From Alphaproteobacteria bacterium (GTDB lineage Bacteria > Pseudomonadota > Alphaproteobacteria > GCA-2731375), in the NCBI GenBank assembly GCA_965232515.1, contig CBDDPY010000002.1, positions 2,400,001 to 2,464,000 of the forward strand: 64,000 nt of DNA, given 5' to 3'. A model generated the notes under the pieces. It made no database searches. It worked only from the letters and a program-made list of their open reading frames with translations, and was not told where the DNA came from. The number at the start of each line of letters is the position of its first letter. Within the stretch, counting starts at the first letter, position 1. Made by a program: the position numbers and the translations under genes. Shown piece after piece: positions 20,586-31,566 of the stretch.

Positions 20586-20709
20586 CCTGGTGCGACATTT
20601 TCTTTAACCAATTAGCGTCGAAACCATATTATTTCTGGTGAGCGCGGTTTGGCGCATATTCGATCCCCGCGGCAGACCGATGTTTCACTTGGCATAGATC
20701 TCGAAACGG

Positions 20710-21630
20710 ATGCGTGACCCTTACAAAATTCTCGGCGTCGGACGCACGGCCAGCGACGCGGACATCAAGCGGGCTTACCGCAAGCTCGCGAAGGAACTGC
20801 ATCCCGACATGCATCCGGGCGACGACGCCGTCGCCGAGCGCTTCAAGGAGGTCTCGGCCGCCTATCACATCCTGGGCGACAAGGACCTGCGGGCCAAATA
20901 CGACCGCGGCGAGATCGGCGCCGACGGCAATCAGAAGAACCGTTTTCGCTATGAGTATGCCGGCGGCGGACAGGACGGCATGGAGGGCTTTGGCGGATTC
21001 GGCTTCGGCGCCGGCAATGCCGAGGACATCATCAACGAGTTCTTCGGCAACATGCGCGGACGGGCCGGCGCCCGCCGGAGCCGGCGGCAGCAACAGCAGA
21101 ACCAACGCGGCGCCGACCGGTCGTACAAGATCACGGTCGATTTCCTCGACGCCGCGAACGGCACCACGCGCCGAATCAGCCTGCCCGACGGCCGCACGCT
21201 CGACGTCAAGATCCCGCCCGGAATCGAGGATGGTAAGCAGATCCGCCTCAAAGGTCAGGGCGACGCCGGCCTCGCCGGCGGTACGTCCGGCGACGCACTG
21301 ATCGAGATCACGATTCGGCCGCACGAAACCTTCCGGCGCGAAGGCCACGACATCCATCTCGACCTGCCGATCAGCCTGGCGGAAGCCGTGCTCGGCGCCA
21401 AGGTCGAGGTGCCCACCATCGACGGTCCGGTCAGCCTGACCATCCCGAAGGGCGCCAATACGGGCCGGAAGCTGCGGCTCAAGGGACGCGGCATCGCCCA
21501 GGGCAAGAACCAGGATCGCGGCGATCAGTACGTGCATCTGCAGGTCGTGCTGCCCGCCAAGACCGATGATGAGCTCGAAGCATTCGTCAAAGAGTGGGCC
21601 GCCAAGAACCGCTACGATCCACGCGGCTGA
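20710..21630 (+). CDS. DnaJ class B (CbpA-like) co-chaperone
   Basis: J domain with HPD, G/F-rich region, DnaJ_C domain, no Zn finger. Confidence 0.92.
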   Translation: MRDPYKILGVGRTASDADIKRAYRKLAKELHPDMHPGDDAVAERFKEVSAAYHILGDKDLRAKYDRGEIGADGNQKNRFRYEYAGGGQDGMEGFGGFGFGAGNAEDIINEFFGNMRGRAGARRSRRQQQQNQRGADRSYKITVDFLDAANGTTRRISLPDGRTLDVKIPPGIEDGKQIRLKGQGDAGLAGGTSGDALIEITIRPHETFRREGHDIHLDLPISLAEAVLGAKVEVPTIDGPVSLTIPKGANTGRKLRLKGRGIAQGKNQDRGDQYVHLQVVLPAKTDDELEAFVKEWAAKNRYDPRG

Positions 21631-21673
21631 TCGACACCTTCCCGAATACCGGTAGTCGGCCGCCCACCCGGCA

Positions 21674-21701
21674 TTGACGGCCTGCGGCTTTCTTGTAGGA
21701 T
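21674..21701 (+). promoter_or_regulatory. Putative sigma70 promoter of fabI-aroC
   Basis: TTGACG-N16-TAGGAT. Confidence 0.5.
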
Positions 21702-21738
21702 GCGCCGCGTTCGTTCAATCGCGGAATAGCGGGGCATC

Positions 21739-22551
21739 ATGAGCGATGCGACCAGCCTGATGGCCGGCAAGCGCGGCCTGATCATGGGCGTCGCCAACGA
21801 CCGTTCGATCGCCTGGGGAATCGCCAAGGCGGCGGCCGACCACGGCGCCGAACTGGCCTTCACCTATCAGGGCGAGGCGTTGGCGAAACGCGTCCGGCCG
21901 CTTGCGGAATCGGTGGGCTCGGATTTCCTGATGTCGTGCGACGTCGCCGACGACGACAGCTTGACCGCGGTGTTCGCCGAACTCGAGCAACGCTGGGGCC
22001 GGCTCGATTTCCTGGTGCACGCGATCGCCTATTCCGACAAGGAGGAGTTGAAGGGCCTCTATCTCGACGCGTCGCTGGCCAATTTCACGATGTCGCTGGA
22101 CATCTCCTGCTATTCGTTCACGGCCGTTTGCCGGCATGCCGAGAAGCTGATGACCGATGGCGGCAGCATCGTCACGCTGACCTACTACGGCGCCGAGAAG
22201 GTCGTGCCCCACTACAATGTCATGGGCGTCGCCAAGGCGGCGCTGGAGGCCAGCGTCAAATACCTCGCCGCCGATCTCGGCGCGTCGGGCATCCGCGTCA
22301 ACGCGGTGTCGGCCGGACCGATCAAGACGCTCGCGGCGTCAGGTATCGGCGACTTCCGCTACATTCTGAAATGGAACGAGTACAACTCGCCGCTCCGGCG
22401 CAACGTCTCAATCGACGAAGTGGGCGGCGCCGGCCTTTACCTGCTCAGCGATCTCGGCGCCGGTGTCTCCGGCGAGGTGCACCATGTCGACTGCGGCTAC
22501 CACGTGGTGGGTATGAAGCAGGTCGACGCGCCCGATATCGCCACGGTCTGA
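21739..22551 (+). CDS. fabI: Enoyl-ACP reductase FabI
   Basis: GLIMGVANDRSIAWGIA, YNVMGVAKAALE, SAGPIKTLA. Confidence 0.97.
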   Translation: MSDATSLMAGKRGLIMGVANDRSIAWGIAKAAADHGAELAFTYQGEALAKRVRPLAESVGSDFLMSCDVADDDSLTAVFAELEQRWGRLDFLVHAIAYSDKEELKGLYLDASLANFTMSLDISCYSFTAVCRHAEKLMTDGGSIVTLTYYGAEKVVPHYNVMGVAKAALEASVKYLAADLGASGIRVNAVSAGPIKTLAASGIGDFRYILKWNEYNSPLRRNVSIDEVGGAGLYLLSDLGAGVSGEVHHVDCGYHVVGMKQVDAPDIATV

Positions 22552-22590
22552 GCCGGTACCGCAACGTCGGACCGAAACCGACAACCGCCC

Positions 22591-23661
22591 ATGTCGCACA
22601 ACACCTTCGGCCACCTGTTTCGAGTCACGACCTGGGGCGAAAGCCACGGACCGGCGATCGGCTGCGTCGTCGACGGCACGCCGCCCGGCCTGCCGCTGGC
22701 GCCGGAAGATATCCAGATCTGGCTCGACAAGCGCCGCCCCGGCAGCTCTCGGTTCGTCACCCAGCGCCGCGAGCCCGATCGGGTCTCGATCCTGTCAGGC
22801 GTGTTCGACGGCCGCACCACCGGCACGCCGATCAGCCTGGTCGTCGAGAATGTCGACCAGCGCTCGAAGGACTACAGCGAGATCAAGGACAAGTACCGGC
22901 CCGGCCACGCCGACTATGCCTATGAGGCGAAATACGGCCTGCGCGACTATCGCGGCGGCGGCCGTTCGAGCGCGCGCGAGACCGCCTGCCGGGTCGCCGC
23001 CGGGGCCGTCGCCCGCCAGATCCTGGGCGACGACATCGCGATCCGCGGCGCGTTGGTGCAGATTGGCGACCAGGCGATCGACCGCGGCCGCTGGGACTGG
23101 AATGCCGTCGACGACAACCCGTTCTGGTGCCCGGACCCGACCGCGGCGGCGGAATGGGAGGCGTATTTGGATGACGTCCGCAAGGCTGGGTCGTCGGTCG
23201 GCGCCGTTATCGAGGTCGTCGCGTCGGGCGTACCGGCGGGTCTCGGCGCACCGATTTACGGTAAGCTCGACGCCGAAATGGCGGCGGCAATGATGAGCAT
23301 CAACGCGGTAAAGGGCGTCGAGATCGGCGCCGGATTTGCCGCGGCGGCGCTGAGCGGGGCCGAAAATGCCGACGAAATGCGCATGGATGCCGGCAAGGTC
23401 GGCTTCGCCTCGAACAATGCCGGCGGCGTTCAGGGCGGGATTTCGACGGGGCAGGACGTGATCGTGCGCTTCGCCGTGAAGCCGACCTCCTCGATTCTGA
23501 CACCGCGGCAGACCGTCAGCCGCGAGGGCGAGGAGACCGAAATCGCCACCAAGGGCCGGCACGACCCCTGCGTCGGCATCCGCGCGGTGCCCGTGGGCGA
23601 GGCCATGATGGCCTGCGTGCTCGCAGACCATCTGCTGCGACACCGCGGGCAGTGCGGTTGA
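22591..23661 (+). CDS. aroC: Chorismate synthase
   Basis: [36 protein letters not shown]. Confidence 0.98.
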   Translation: MSHNTFGHLFRVTTWGESHGPAIGCVVDGTPPGLPLAPEDIQIWLDKRRPGSSRFVTQRREPDRVSILSGVFDGRTTGTPISLVVENVDQRSKDYSEIKDKYRPGHADYAYEAKYGLRDYRGGGRSSARETACRVAAGAVARQILGDDIAIRGALVQIGDQAIDRGRWDWNAVDDNPFWCPDPTAAAEWEAYLDDVRKAGSSVGAVIEVVASGVPAGLGAPIYGKLDAEMAAAMMSINAVKGVEIGAGFAAAALSGAENADEMRMDAGKVGFASNNAGGVQGGISTGQDVIVRFAVKPTSSILTPRQTVSREGEETEIATKGRHDPCVGIRAVPVGEAMMACVLADHLLRHRGQCG

Positions 23662-23785
23662 TTACAATCGGCCTACCGCCGCCCTACCGACGATAGCTAC
23701 GATTAAAATCTGCTTGGAAATTATCGGTTTGCCGTCTTTTCGACGGTAGGGCCGGAAGTTATCTGGATTCGCCGGCCCGAAATAC

Positions 23786-23812
23786 AAAACCCCGCGTGAT
23801 TGGCGGGGTTTT
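23786..23812. terminator. Bidirectional intrinsic terminator
   Basis: AAAACCCCGC-gtgattg-GCGGGGTTTT, 3 nt beyond the stop of the mini-GcrA ORF. Confidence 0.8.
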
Positions 23813-23815
23813 GGG

Positions 23816-24007
23816 TCAGGCCGCGTTCTTGCGCGGAATGAACGTCTGTCGCGGTTCGGTCTCGAAATCGCGGATCGCCATGCGGCGATGATACTCGCAG
23901 TACGGGCTCTCGGGATGGCGCTTCGAGCCGCAGTACTCGTGCGTGGGCCGGGAATCGTGCGGCCACATCGGCCACAGGCATCCCCGGCGGGATTTCTGTT
24001 CGGACAT
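23816..24007 (-). CDS. Small GcrA C-terminal-domain protein (63 aa)
   Basis: CLWPMW..YCG..SPYCEYH matches the GcrA C-terminal pattern; RBS-like GAGAG, own promoter-like element and terminator. Confidence 0.7.
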   Translation of the reverse strand: MSEQKSRRGCLWPMWPHDSRPTHEYCGSKRHPESPYCEYHRRMAIRDFETEPRQTFIPRKNAA

Positions 24008-24038
24008 CGGTTTCTCTCTCGAAAAGATTATGAAGGGG

Positions 24039-24067
24039 TAGATATTGTGCAGCGCAGCATAAGTCAA
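24039..24067 (-). promoter_or_regulatory. Sigma70-like promoter with PhaR-like box in the spacer
   Basis: Minus strand TTGACT-N17-TATCTA; spacer contains TGCTGCGCTGCA (24048-24059). Confidence 0.55.
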
Positions 24068-24101
24068 GGCGGAATCGTAAGAAATTTGCAAGAAAGCACG
24101 C

Positions 24102-25332
24102 CTATCGCGTGAAAACCGCAACCAGTTCTAGATGGTGCGACCAAAGAAACTGGTCGATGGGTGTCACGGTATGCGGCCGATAGCCGCCATCGATCAGAAT
24201 TCGAGCGTCTCGCGCAAAGGTTGCAGGATTACAGGAGACTGCGACCACTGTCGACACCGTCGAATCCGAGATGGCGTCGGCCTGCGCACGGGCTCCGGCG
24301 CGCGGCGGATCGAAGACGATGGCATCGAACCCATTCAGCTCGGCGACCGAAAACGGGCGGCGCTGCAGATCCCGCCGTTCGACGGCAATTCGACGCCCCC
24401 CGGCCACGGCGGCCAGCGCCTCGACCATCGCGGCGTCGGCATCGACCGCCTTCACCTGCGCCGACGCGGGCGCGGCCAATGCGAAGGTACCGCAACCGCT
24501 GAACAGGTCCAGGACATGCCGGCTCTCGGCCAGCGCGGCGCCGACAATGTCGCACAACGCCGCCTCGCCGGCCTGGCTTGCCTGAAGGAACGCGCCAGGC
24601 GGGATCGCCACGTCGACGCCCGCAAGCGCGACCGTTGGCGTGCGGCGGACCACCACCGGCTCCGGCGACGGGTCGCCCCAGCACAACCGCGCCACATCCT
24701 GCGCCTCGGAAAAGCCGCCCAGCGCCTCGTGATCGGCCAGGCCCAGCGGCCGGTCGCCGCGCAGCCAGAGATCGAGGCCGGTATCGGTCTCGGTGACATG
24801 CACGTCGATCGCATCACCTATCGATAACAGATCGTTCAAGAGCTGCCGCAGCGACGGCAGCAGATCGACAATCGCCGGCCGCAGAACATGGCATTCGGCG
24901 AGATCGACGATCCGCCGGCCGCGCCGTTCATTGAAACCGAGCACGACGCCGTTGCGCCGCCGAAACGCCGCGAACGCCGCCCGACGTCGACTGGCGGGCG
25001 GGGTCATGATCAGCTCGCCGACGTCGATATCCGCGAGACCGCGCCTGGCCAGGGCCGCGCCGATCAGTCCGGTTTTCCACCGGCGGTAAGCGGACTCATC
25101 GACATGCTGCAGCAGGCAGCCGCCGCAGGCGCCGAAATGGGCGCAAACCGCGTCGACGCGGTCCGGCCCCGCTTGCAGCAACGCTTCGAGATGCGCGTGA
25201 ATGGCGCCGTCGCGCTCGCTGTCGATACGCACCCGCGCCCGATCGCCCGGCAACGTGTAGGGCACGTAGACCGGACGGCCGTCTATGTCGCCGACGCCGT
25301 CGCCGCGCGCGCCCAGGGCCGTGATCTCGATC

Positions 25333-25340
<8 letters not shown>
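24102..25340 (-). CDS. rlmD: 23S rRNA (uracil-C5)-methyltransferase, RlmD/TrmA family
   Basis: TRAM domain, CAHFGACGGC Fe-S motif, FLQ, DLFSGCG, DPPRAG, VSCNPATFARD, DQF..SHHLE. Confidence 0.88.
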
Positions 25341-26082
<742 letters not shown>

Positions 26083-26085
26083 CGC

Positions 26086-28011
26086 TTAGGCGCGCCGCGG
26101 CGCCTCCACCTTATCGTCAGCGCGGCCGAGCGCCGCGAGCGCCGTCTCGACGATATCGGCCGCCGTCAGGCCCGCCTCCGCGTACATGATATCCGGCTTG
26201 TCGTGATCGATGAACCGGTCGGGCAGGATCATCGGCCGGATCTTCAGGCCGTTGTCCATCAGACCATTCGACGCCAGATACTGCATGACCTGCGCCGCGA
26301 AGCCGCCGATAGCGCCCTCCTCGATCGTGATCAGGACCTCGTGGTTCTCGGCCAGGTCGCGGATCAGGGCCTCGTCGAGCGGCTTGGCGAAGCGGGCATC
26401 GGCGACCGTGGTCGAGAACCCGCGCGCGCCCAACTCGTCGGCCGCCGTCAGCGAATCCTGCAGGCGCGTGCCGAACGACAGGATGGCCACGGTTGAGCCT
26501 TCGCGCACGACCCGGCCCTTGCCGATCTCCAGCGGCTCCGCCGTCTCCGGCATGTCGACGCCGACACCGTCGCCGCGCGGATAGCGGAAGGCCGACGGCC
26601 GGTCGTCGATCGCCGCCGCCGTCGCCACCATGCGCACCAGTTCAGCTTCGTCAGCGGCCGCCATGACGACGAAGCCCGGCAGCGAGGCGAGATAGGTAAT
26701 GTCGTACGAGCCGGCATGCGTCGGCCCGTCGGCGCCGACCAGCCCGGCCCGGTCGATGGCGAAGCGCACCGGCAGCGACTGAATGGCGACGTCGTGCACG
26801 ACCTGGTCGTAGGCTCGCTGCAGGAACGTCGAGTAGATCGCCGCGAACGGCTTGTAGCCGCCGGCGGCCAGACCGGCCGCGAAGGTAACGCCGTGCTGCT
26901 CGGCGATGCCGACATCGAAGCAACGCTCCGGGAACCGTTCGGCGAACAGATTGAGGCCGGTGCCGGACGGCATCGCCGCCGTGATCGCGACGATCTTGTC
27001 GTCCGCTTCGGCCTGCTTGATCAGCGCGTTCGCGAACACTTTGGTGTAGGCCGGCGCGTTCGATTTCGGCTTCGCCTGCGCGCCGGTAATCACATCGAAC
27101 CGGCTGACGCCGTGATACTTGTCCGCCGATTCCTCGGCCGGCGCGTAGCCCTTGCCCTTCTGCGTGACCACGTGCACCAGGAGCGGCGCGGTCCGGCGCG
27201 CGTCGCGCACATTCCGCAGCACCGGTAACAGGTGGTCCAGGTTGTGTCCGTCGATCGGGCCGACATAGTAAAAGCCGAGCTCCTCGAAGAGCGTGCCGCC
27301 GGTAATGATGCCGCGCGCGTATTCCTCGGCGCGCCGGGCCGTCTCTTCGATCCGCGGCGGGAACATTTGCGCCAGCTGCTTGGCGATATGGCGAAAGCCG
27401 CGATAGGGCTTCGACGACAGCAAGCGCGACAAGTAGGCGCTCATGGCGCCAACCGGCGGCGCGATCGACATGTCGTTGTCGTTCAAGATCACGATCAGCC
27501 GCGAGTCCATCGAGCCGGCATTGTTCATGGCCTCATAGGCCATGCCGGCGCTCATGGCGCCGTCGCCGATCACGGCGATCACGTTGCTGTCCCCGCCGTC
27601 CAGATCGCGGGCAACCGCAAATCCAAGAGCGGACGAGATCGAGGTCGAGCTGTGCGCCGCGCCGAAGGGATCGTATTCGCTCTCGCTGCGCTTGGTGAAT
27701 CCCGACAAGCCGCCGCCCTGGCGCAGGGTACGGATCCGGTCCCGCCGTCCCGTCAGAATCTTGTGCGGATAGGCCTGATGACCGACGTCCCAGATCAGCG
27801 TGTCCTGCGGCGTGTCGAAGACATGATGCAGGGCGACGGTCAGCTCGACCACGCCCAGCCCGGCGCCAAGATGGCCGCCCGTACTCGATACGGCGTCAAT
27901 GGTCGCGGTTCGCAGCTCGTCGGCAAGTTGCCGAAGTTGCGGATCTGAAAAGGATCGGATATCGGCGGGCGCCGACACCGTATCCAATAGTGGCGTCTTA
28001 CGCGTGCTCAA
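26086..28011 (-). CDS. dxs: 1-deoxy-D-xylulose-5-phosphate synthase
   Basis: [43 protein letters not shown]; TTG start. Confidence 0.98.
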   Translation of the reverse strand: MSTRKTPLLDTVSAPADIRSFSDPQLRQLADELRTATIDAVSSTGGHLGAGLGVVELTVALHHVFDTPQDTLIWDVGHQAYPHKILTGRRDRIRTLRQGGGLSGFTKRSESEYDPFGAAHSSTSISSALGFAVARDLDGGDSNVIAVIGDGAMSAGMAYEAMNNAGSMDSRLIVILNDNDMSIAPPVGAMSAYLSRLLSSKPYRGFRHIAKQLAQMFPPRIEETARRAEEYARGIITGGTLFEELGFYYVGPIDGHNLDHLLPVLRNVRDARRTAPLLVHVVTQKGKGYAPAEESADKYHGVSRFDVITGAQAKPKSNAPAYTKVFANALIKQAEADDKIVAITAAMPSGTGLNLFAERFPERCFDVGIAEQHGVTFAAGLAAGGYKPFAAIYSTFLQRAYDQVVHDVAIQSLPVRFAIDRAGLVGADGPTHAGSYDITYLASLPGFVVMAAADEAELVRMVATAAAIDDRPSAFRYPRGDGVGVDMPETAEPLEIGKGRVVREGSTVAILSFGTRLQDSLTAADELGARGFSTTVADARFAKPLDEALIRDLAENHEVLITIEEGAIGGFAAQVMQYLASNGLMDNGLKIRPMILPDRFIDHDKPDIMYAEAGLTAADIVETALAALGRADDKVEAPRRA

Positions 28012-28056
28012 TAAACGTTACCGGACTGGCCGGTATCCCTAAATCCAGACGTGCGG

Positions 28057-28947
28057 CTAAGCGCGGCGATTTATAACGAATTCGGCGAGCGCGCGCAAAG
28101 AATCGGCCCGCGGCCCGAACAATTCCAGATGGGTGACGGCCTGCCCGGCCAGCATCTCGGCCCGCTCGACCGCGGCCTCCTCGCCCAGCAGGCTGACGAA
28201 GGTCGCCTTGCCGGCGGCCGCGTCCTTGTTCACGCCCTTGCCGACCGCCTCCGCCGTGCCGGTCACGTCGAGCAGGTCGTCGGCGATCTGGAACGCCAGA
28301 CCGAGGTCATGGGCATAGGCGCGCAGCGCATGCCGTTCGGCGTCGCGCGCCTGGCTCATGACGGCGCCGGTTTCCACCGCGAAGGCGATCATCTCGCCAG
28401 TCTTCAGCCGCTGCATGCGCACGATGGCGGGCTCGGTCAGCTTCTGATGCTCGCCCAGCAGGTCCAGCATCTGGCCGCCGACCATGCCGTGCCCGCCGGT
28501 CGCCCGGGCCAGGCCCAGCACCAGCTCGGCCCGGATCCTGGCGTTGCGCGACACGGCCTCGTCCGCCAGCACCTCGAAGGCGAGTGACTGCAGCGCGTCG
28601 CCGGCCAACACGGCCGTCGCCTCGTCGAAGGCGACATGCACCGTTGGCTGCCCGCGCCGCAGGTCGTCGTCGTCCATGCAGGGCAGGTCGTCGTGGATCA
28701 GGCTGTAGGTGTGCATCAGTTCGACCGCCGCACCGACCCGAACCGCCGAGCGCTGCGGAATATCGAACATCTCGGCCGACGCCAGCACCATGAACGGCCG
28801 CAGCCGCTTGCCGCCGCCCAACGCCGCGTGGCGCATGGCCGCAAACAACTGGCCCTCGGGCCCCTCATCGGCCTTCGGCAGAACCTGCTCGAGAACGGTT
28901 TCGACCGCCTTCGCGGCGACGCCCAGCGTGGTTTCGAAATCGGCCAA
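28057..28947 (-). CDS. ispA: Farnesyl diphosphate synthase (geranyltranstransferase)
   Basis: GGKRLRP, HDDLPCMDDDDLRRG, KTG, FQIADDLLD; between xseB and dxs. Confidence 0.93.
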   Translation of the reverse strand: MADFETTLGVAAKAVETVLEQVLPKADEGPEGQLFAAMRHAALGGGKRLRPFMVLASAEMFDIPQRSAVRVGAAVELMHTYSLIHDDLPCMDDDDLRRGQPTVHVAFDEATAVLAGDALQSLAFEVLADEAVSRNARIRAELVLGLARATGGHGMVGGQMLDLLGEHQKLTEPAIVRMQRLKTGEMIAFAVETGAVMSQARDAERHALRAYAHDLGLAFQIADDLLDVTGTAEAVGKGVNKDAAAGKATFVSLLGEEAAVERAEMLAGQAVTHLELFGPRADSLRALAEFVINRRA

Positions 28948-28956
28948 CGACGCGCC

Positions 28957-29229
28957 TCAGTCGGACTCCAGGGGCTCGACCCCGGCGGCATCGCCGCTCG
29001 GCCCGACGACGATCCGATCGACCTTCTCCTGCGCGGCCGCCAGCTTGGCCTGGCAATGGCTCTTCAACTGCGCGCCACGGGTATACATCTCGATCGAGTC
29101 TTCCAGACCGACCTGCCCGCTTTCCAGCTTGCGCACGATCTCTTCCAGGCCGGCCATCGCTTCCTCGAAGCTCATCGCGCGGATGTCGTCGGGCAGCTTG
29201 TCGCTGTCTTTGGTCTTGGAATCGGCCAA
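28957..29229 (-). CDS. xseB: Exodeoxyribonuclease VII small subunit
   Basis: SFEEAMAGLEEIVRKLESG..LEDSIEMYTRG..C. Confidence 0.95.
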   Translation of the reverse strand: MADSKTKDSDKLPDDIRAMSFEEAMAGLEEIVRKLESGQVGLEDSIEMYTRGAQLKSHCQAKLAAAQEKVDRIVVGPSGDAAGVEPLESD

Positions 29230-29264
29230 ATGCCCTCTCCAGATTCAGGACCGCCGCGTCGTCG

Positions 29265-30191
29265 CTAGGCGGTCATCAGCTCGCGTACATGGGCGGCCGT
29301 GGCCGTCGCCAGGGCCTGCAGGTTATAGCCGCCTTCCAGGGTCGAGACCAGCCTGCCGCCGGCGTGCCGGTCCGCCAGCGCGATCAGCTCGCGCGTGACC
29401 CAGGCATAGTCGTCGTCCTGCATCTCCAGGTTGGCCAACGGGTCGCTGGCATGCGCGTCGAACCCGGCCGAAATCAGCACCAGTTCCGGCGCGAAATCCT
29501 CCAACGCCGGCAGCAGCGTGTCGGCGAAGGCGTCGCGGAAGGCGGTCGAGCCGGCATAGGGCGGCAAGGGCACGTTCACGATATTGCCCAGGCCGCGCTC
29601 GTGCGCGCCGCCGGTGCCGGGATAAAGCGGCGACTGATGCGTCGACACGTAGACCAGGTCGGCGTCGGCCTCGAACATCGCCTGCGTGCCGTTGCCGTGG
29701 TGAACATCGAAATCGATCACGGCGATCCGTTGCAGGCCATGCACGGCGCGAGCCTGCAAGGCCGCGACCGCGACGTTGTTGAAAATGCAGAAGCCCATGG
29801 CCCGGCCCGGCTCGGCATGGTGGCCGGGCGGCCGGACAGCGCAGAAGGCGTTGCGCGCGGCGCCCGAGACGACCTCGTCGACCGCGGCGCAGACGGCGCC
29901 GGCGGCCCGGTAAGCCGCTTCCAGCGAACCCGGAGACATCACGGTATCGGCGTCGAGATGAACGATGCCGTCGCCGGGCGCGGTCTGCTCGACCTTTTCG
30001 ATATAGGCCGCCGGGTGCACCCGCATGACCTGCTCTGGCGTCGCTTTCGGCGCCTCGGCCCGATGCAGGTCCTGGAAGGCCTCGGTCTCCAGCGCATGCA
30101 GAACCGCGCGCAGGCGATCGGCGCATTCGGGGTGCCCCAGTCCGGTGTCATGCGCCAGAAAGGCCGGGTGGGTGAAGAGAACAGTCGTCAT
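29265..30191 (-). CDS. Histone deacetylase family protein
   Basis: GHPECADRL, RPPGHHA, GFCIFNN, DFDVHHGNGTQ, SAGFDAH, LEGGY; start MTTVLF at 30191. Confidence 0.92.
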   Translation of the reverse strand: MTTVLFTHPAFLAHDTGLGHPECADRLRAVLHALETEAFQDLHRAEAPKATPEQVMRVHPAAYIEKVEQTAPGDGIVHLDADTVMSPGSLEAAYRAAGAVCAAVDEVVSGAARNAFCAVRPPGHHAEPGRAMGFCIFNNVAVAALQARAVHGLQRIAVIDFDVHHGNGTQAMFEADADLVYVSTHQSPLYPGTGGAHERGLGNIVNVPLPPYAGSTAFRDAFADTLLPALEDFAPELVLISAGFDAHASDPLANLEMQDDDYAWVTRELIALADRHAGGRLVSTLEGGYNLQALATATAAHVRELMTA

Positions 30192-30226
30192 GCCGCCATC
30201 GTAACCGCCGCTGCGGCGGCCGGCTA

Positions 30227-30538
30227 TCAGGTTCGTGTGCTGTCGACGGTGTCGGTGTCTTCCGGCTCGCTCTCGGGCGGCGGGTCCGCCGGCGCGCGCT
30301 TGCGGCGGATGATGATATCGCCGTTCTCCAGAACCTCCGGCGACTCGTATTGCGGGATGCGGTTGATGAACAATTGCAACGTGTCCATCAGGGTCTTGGC
30401 GGTTTCTCGCGCCAGTTCCTCCGCCTCGCGCGCGAGTTCCTCGGGCGTCTTGCCCTGCTTGTCGTCCTGCGCCAGCGTCGCCGATGGCGCCGCCGCGGTG
30501 AAACAAAGTGCCAGAATGGCGGCTTGTAACCTTTTCAT
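30227..30538 (-). CDS. Small secreted hypothetical protein
   Basis: Signal peptide MKRLQAAILALCF..TLA; EELAREAEELARE repeat; YESPEVLENGDIIIRR; start uncertain (30538-30556). Confidence 0.7.
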   Translation of the reverse strand: MKRLQAAILALCFTAAAPSATLAQDDKQGKTPEELAREAEELARETAKTLMDTLQLFINRIPQYESPEVLENGDIIIRRKRAPADPPPESEPEDTDTVDSTRT

Positions 30539-30656
30539 GATCTGCATCCTTAGCACGGACCGCCCATCGGAGTCGCTGCTGGCGTCATAGGTCCGTGACG
30601 CCTAGACTCGCGGGCGCCCGCCGACACTCATCCCGAATTTTGTCGAAAATAAGAAC

Positions 30657-31559
30657 ATGCCGTCGAAATCGCCCGCCTGGGCCTATCTGCTGCTGACGAT
30701 CGCGGTGCTGATGTGGTCGGGCAATTTCATCCTCGGCCGCGCGGTCCACGCCGAGATCCCGCCGATCGGTCTCGCCTTCTGGCGCTGGGTTGTCGCGGCC
30801 GCGCTGCTCGCGCCATTCGCGGTGCCGGCGGCCTTTCGCCAACGCGCGGCGTTGCGGGCGCATTGGCGCCTGCTGCTGGTCCTGGCGCTGTTCGGCGTCG
30901 CCGCCTTCAACACACTCGTCTATGTCGGTCTGCAAACCACGACCGCGGTGAACGGTGCGCTCGTCAACGCGACCATGCCGGCGCTGATCGTCATCACCGG
31001 CCTGCTGCTGTTCCGCGACGCCGTCAGCTTGGCGCAGACCATCGGTATCGCGCTCTCCTTTTGCGGCGTCGCCGCGATCATCTTTCGCGCCGATATCACG
31101 CTCGTGCAGGCGCTGCAATTCACCGCCGGCGACCTCATCGTGCTCGCCGCCACCGCCTGTTATGCGGTCTATGTCGTGCTGTGGGCCCGCCGGCCGCCCA
31201 CGCTCGACCCTTACGGCACGCTGCTCGTGCTGTTCCTCTTGGGCGCCGCGATCCTGGCGCCGTTCTACGCCTGGGAGTCGCTGGTCGCGGGCCGCACTGT
31301 GCCGCTCACCTGGACCGCGGCCGGCGCGGTGTTCTACGTGGCGGCCGGCGCGTCGGTGCTGGCCTGGATCTGCTACAACCGCGGCATCGAGCTGGTCGGC
31401 CCCGGTCAGGCCGGCATGTTCATCAACCTCAACCCCGTCTTCGCCAGCATCCTCGCCGTGATCCTGCTCGGCGAGCCGTTCCGCCTCTATCACGCCGCGG
31501 GCATGGCGCTCGTCTTCGCCGGGATCTGGCTGGCAACCCGCGCCGGCAGAGAACGCTAA
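30657..31559 (+). CDS. DMT (EamA) family transporter
   Basis: About 10 TM helices; WSGNF..GR, FWRW, NL.PVF..LLGE. Confidence 0.9.
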   Translation: MPSKSPAWAYLLLTIAVLMWSGNFILGRAVHAEIPPIGLAFWRWVVAAALLAPFAVPAAFRQRAALRAHWRLLLVLALFGVAAFNTLVYVGLQTTTAVNGALVNATMPALIVITGLLLFRDAVSLAQTIGIALSFCGVAAIIFRADITLVQALQFTAGDLIVLAATACYAVYVVLWARRPPTLDPYGTLLVLFLLGAAILAPFYAWESLVAGRTVPLTWTAAGAVFYVAAGASVLAWICYNRGIELVGPGQAGMFINLNPVFASILAVILLGEPFRLYHAAGMALVFAGIWLATRAGRER

Positions 31560-31566
31560 CCCGCGC

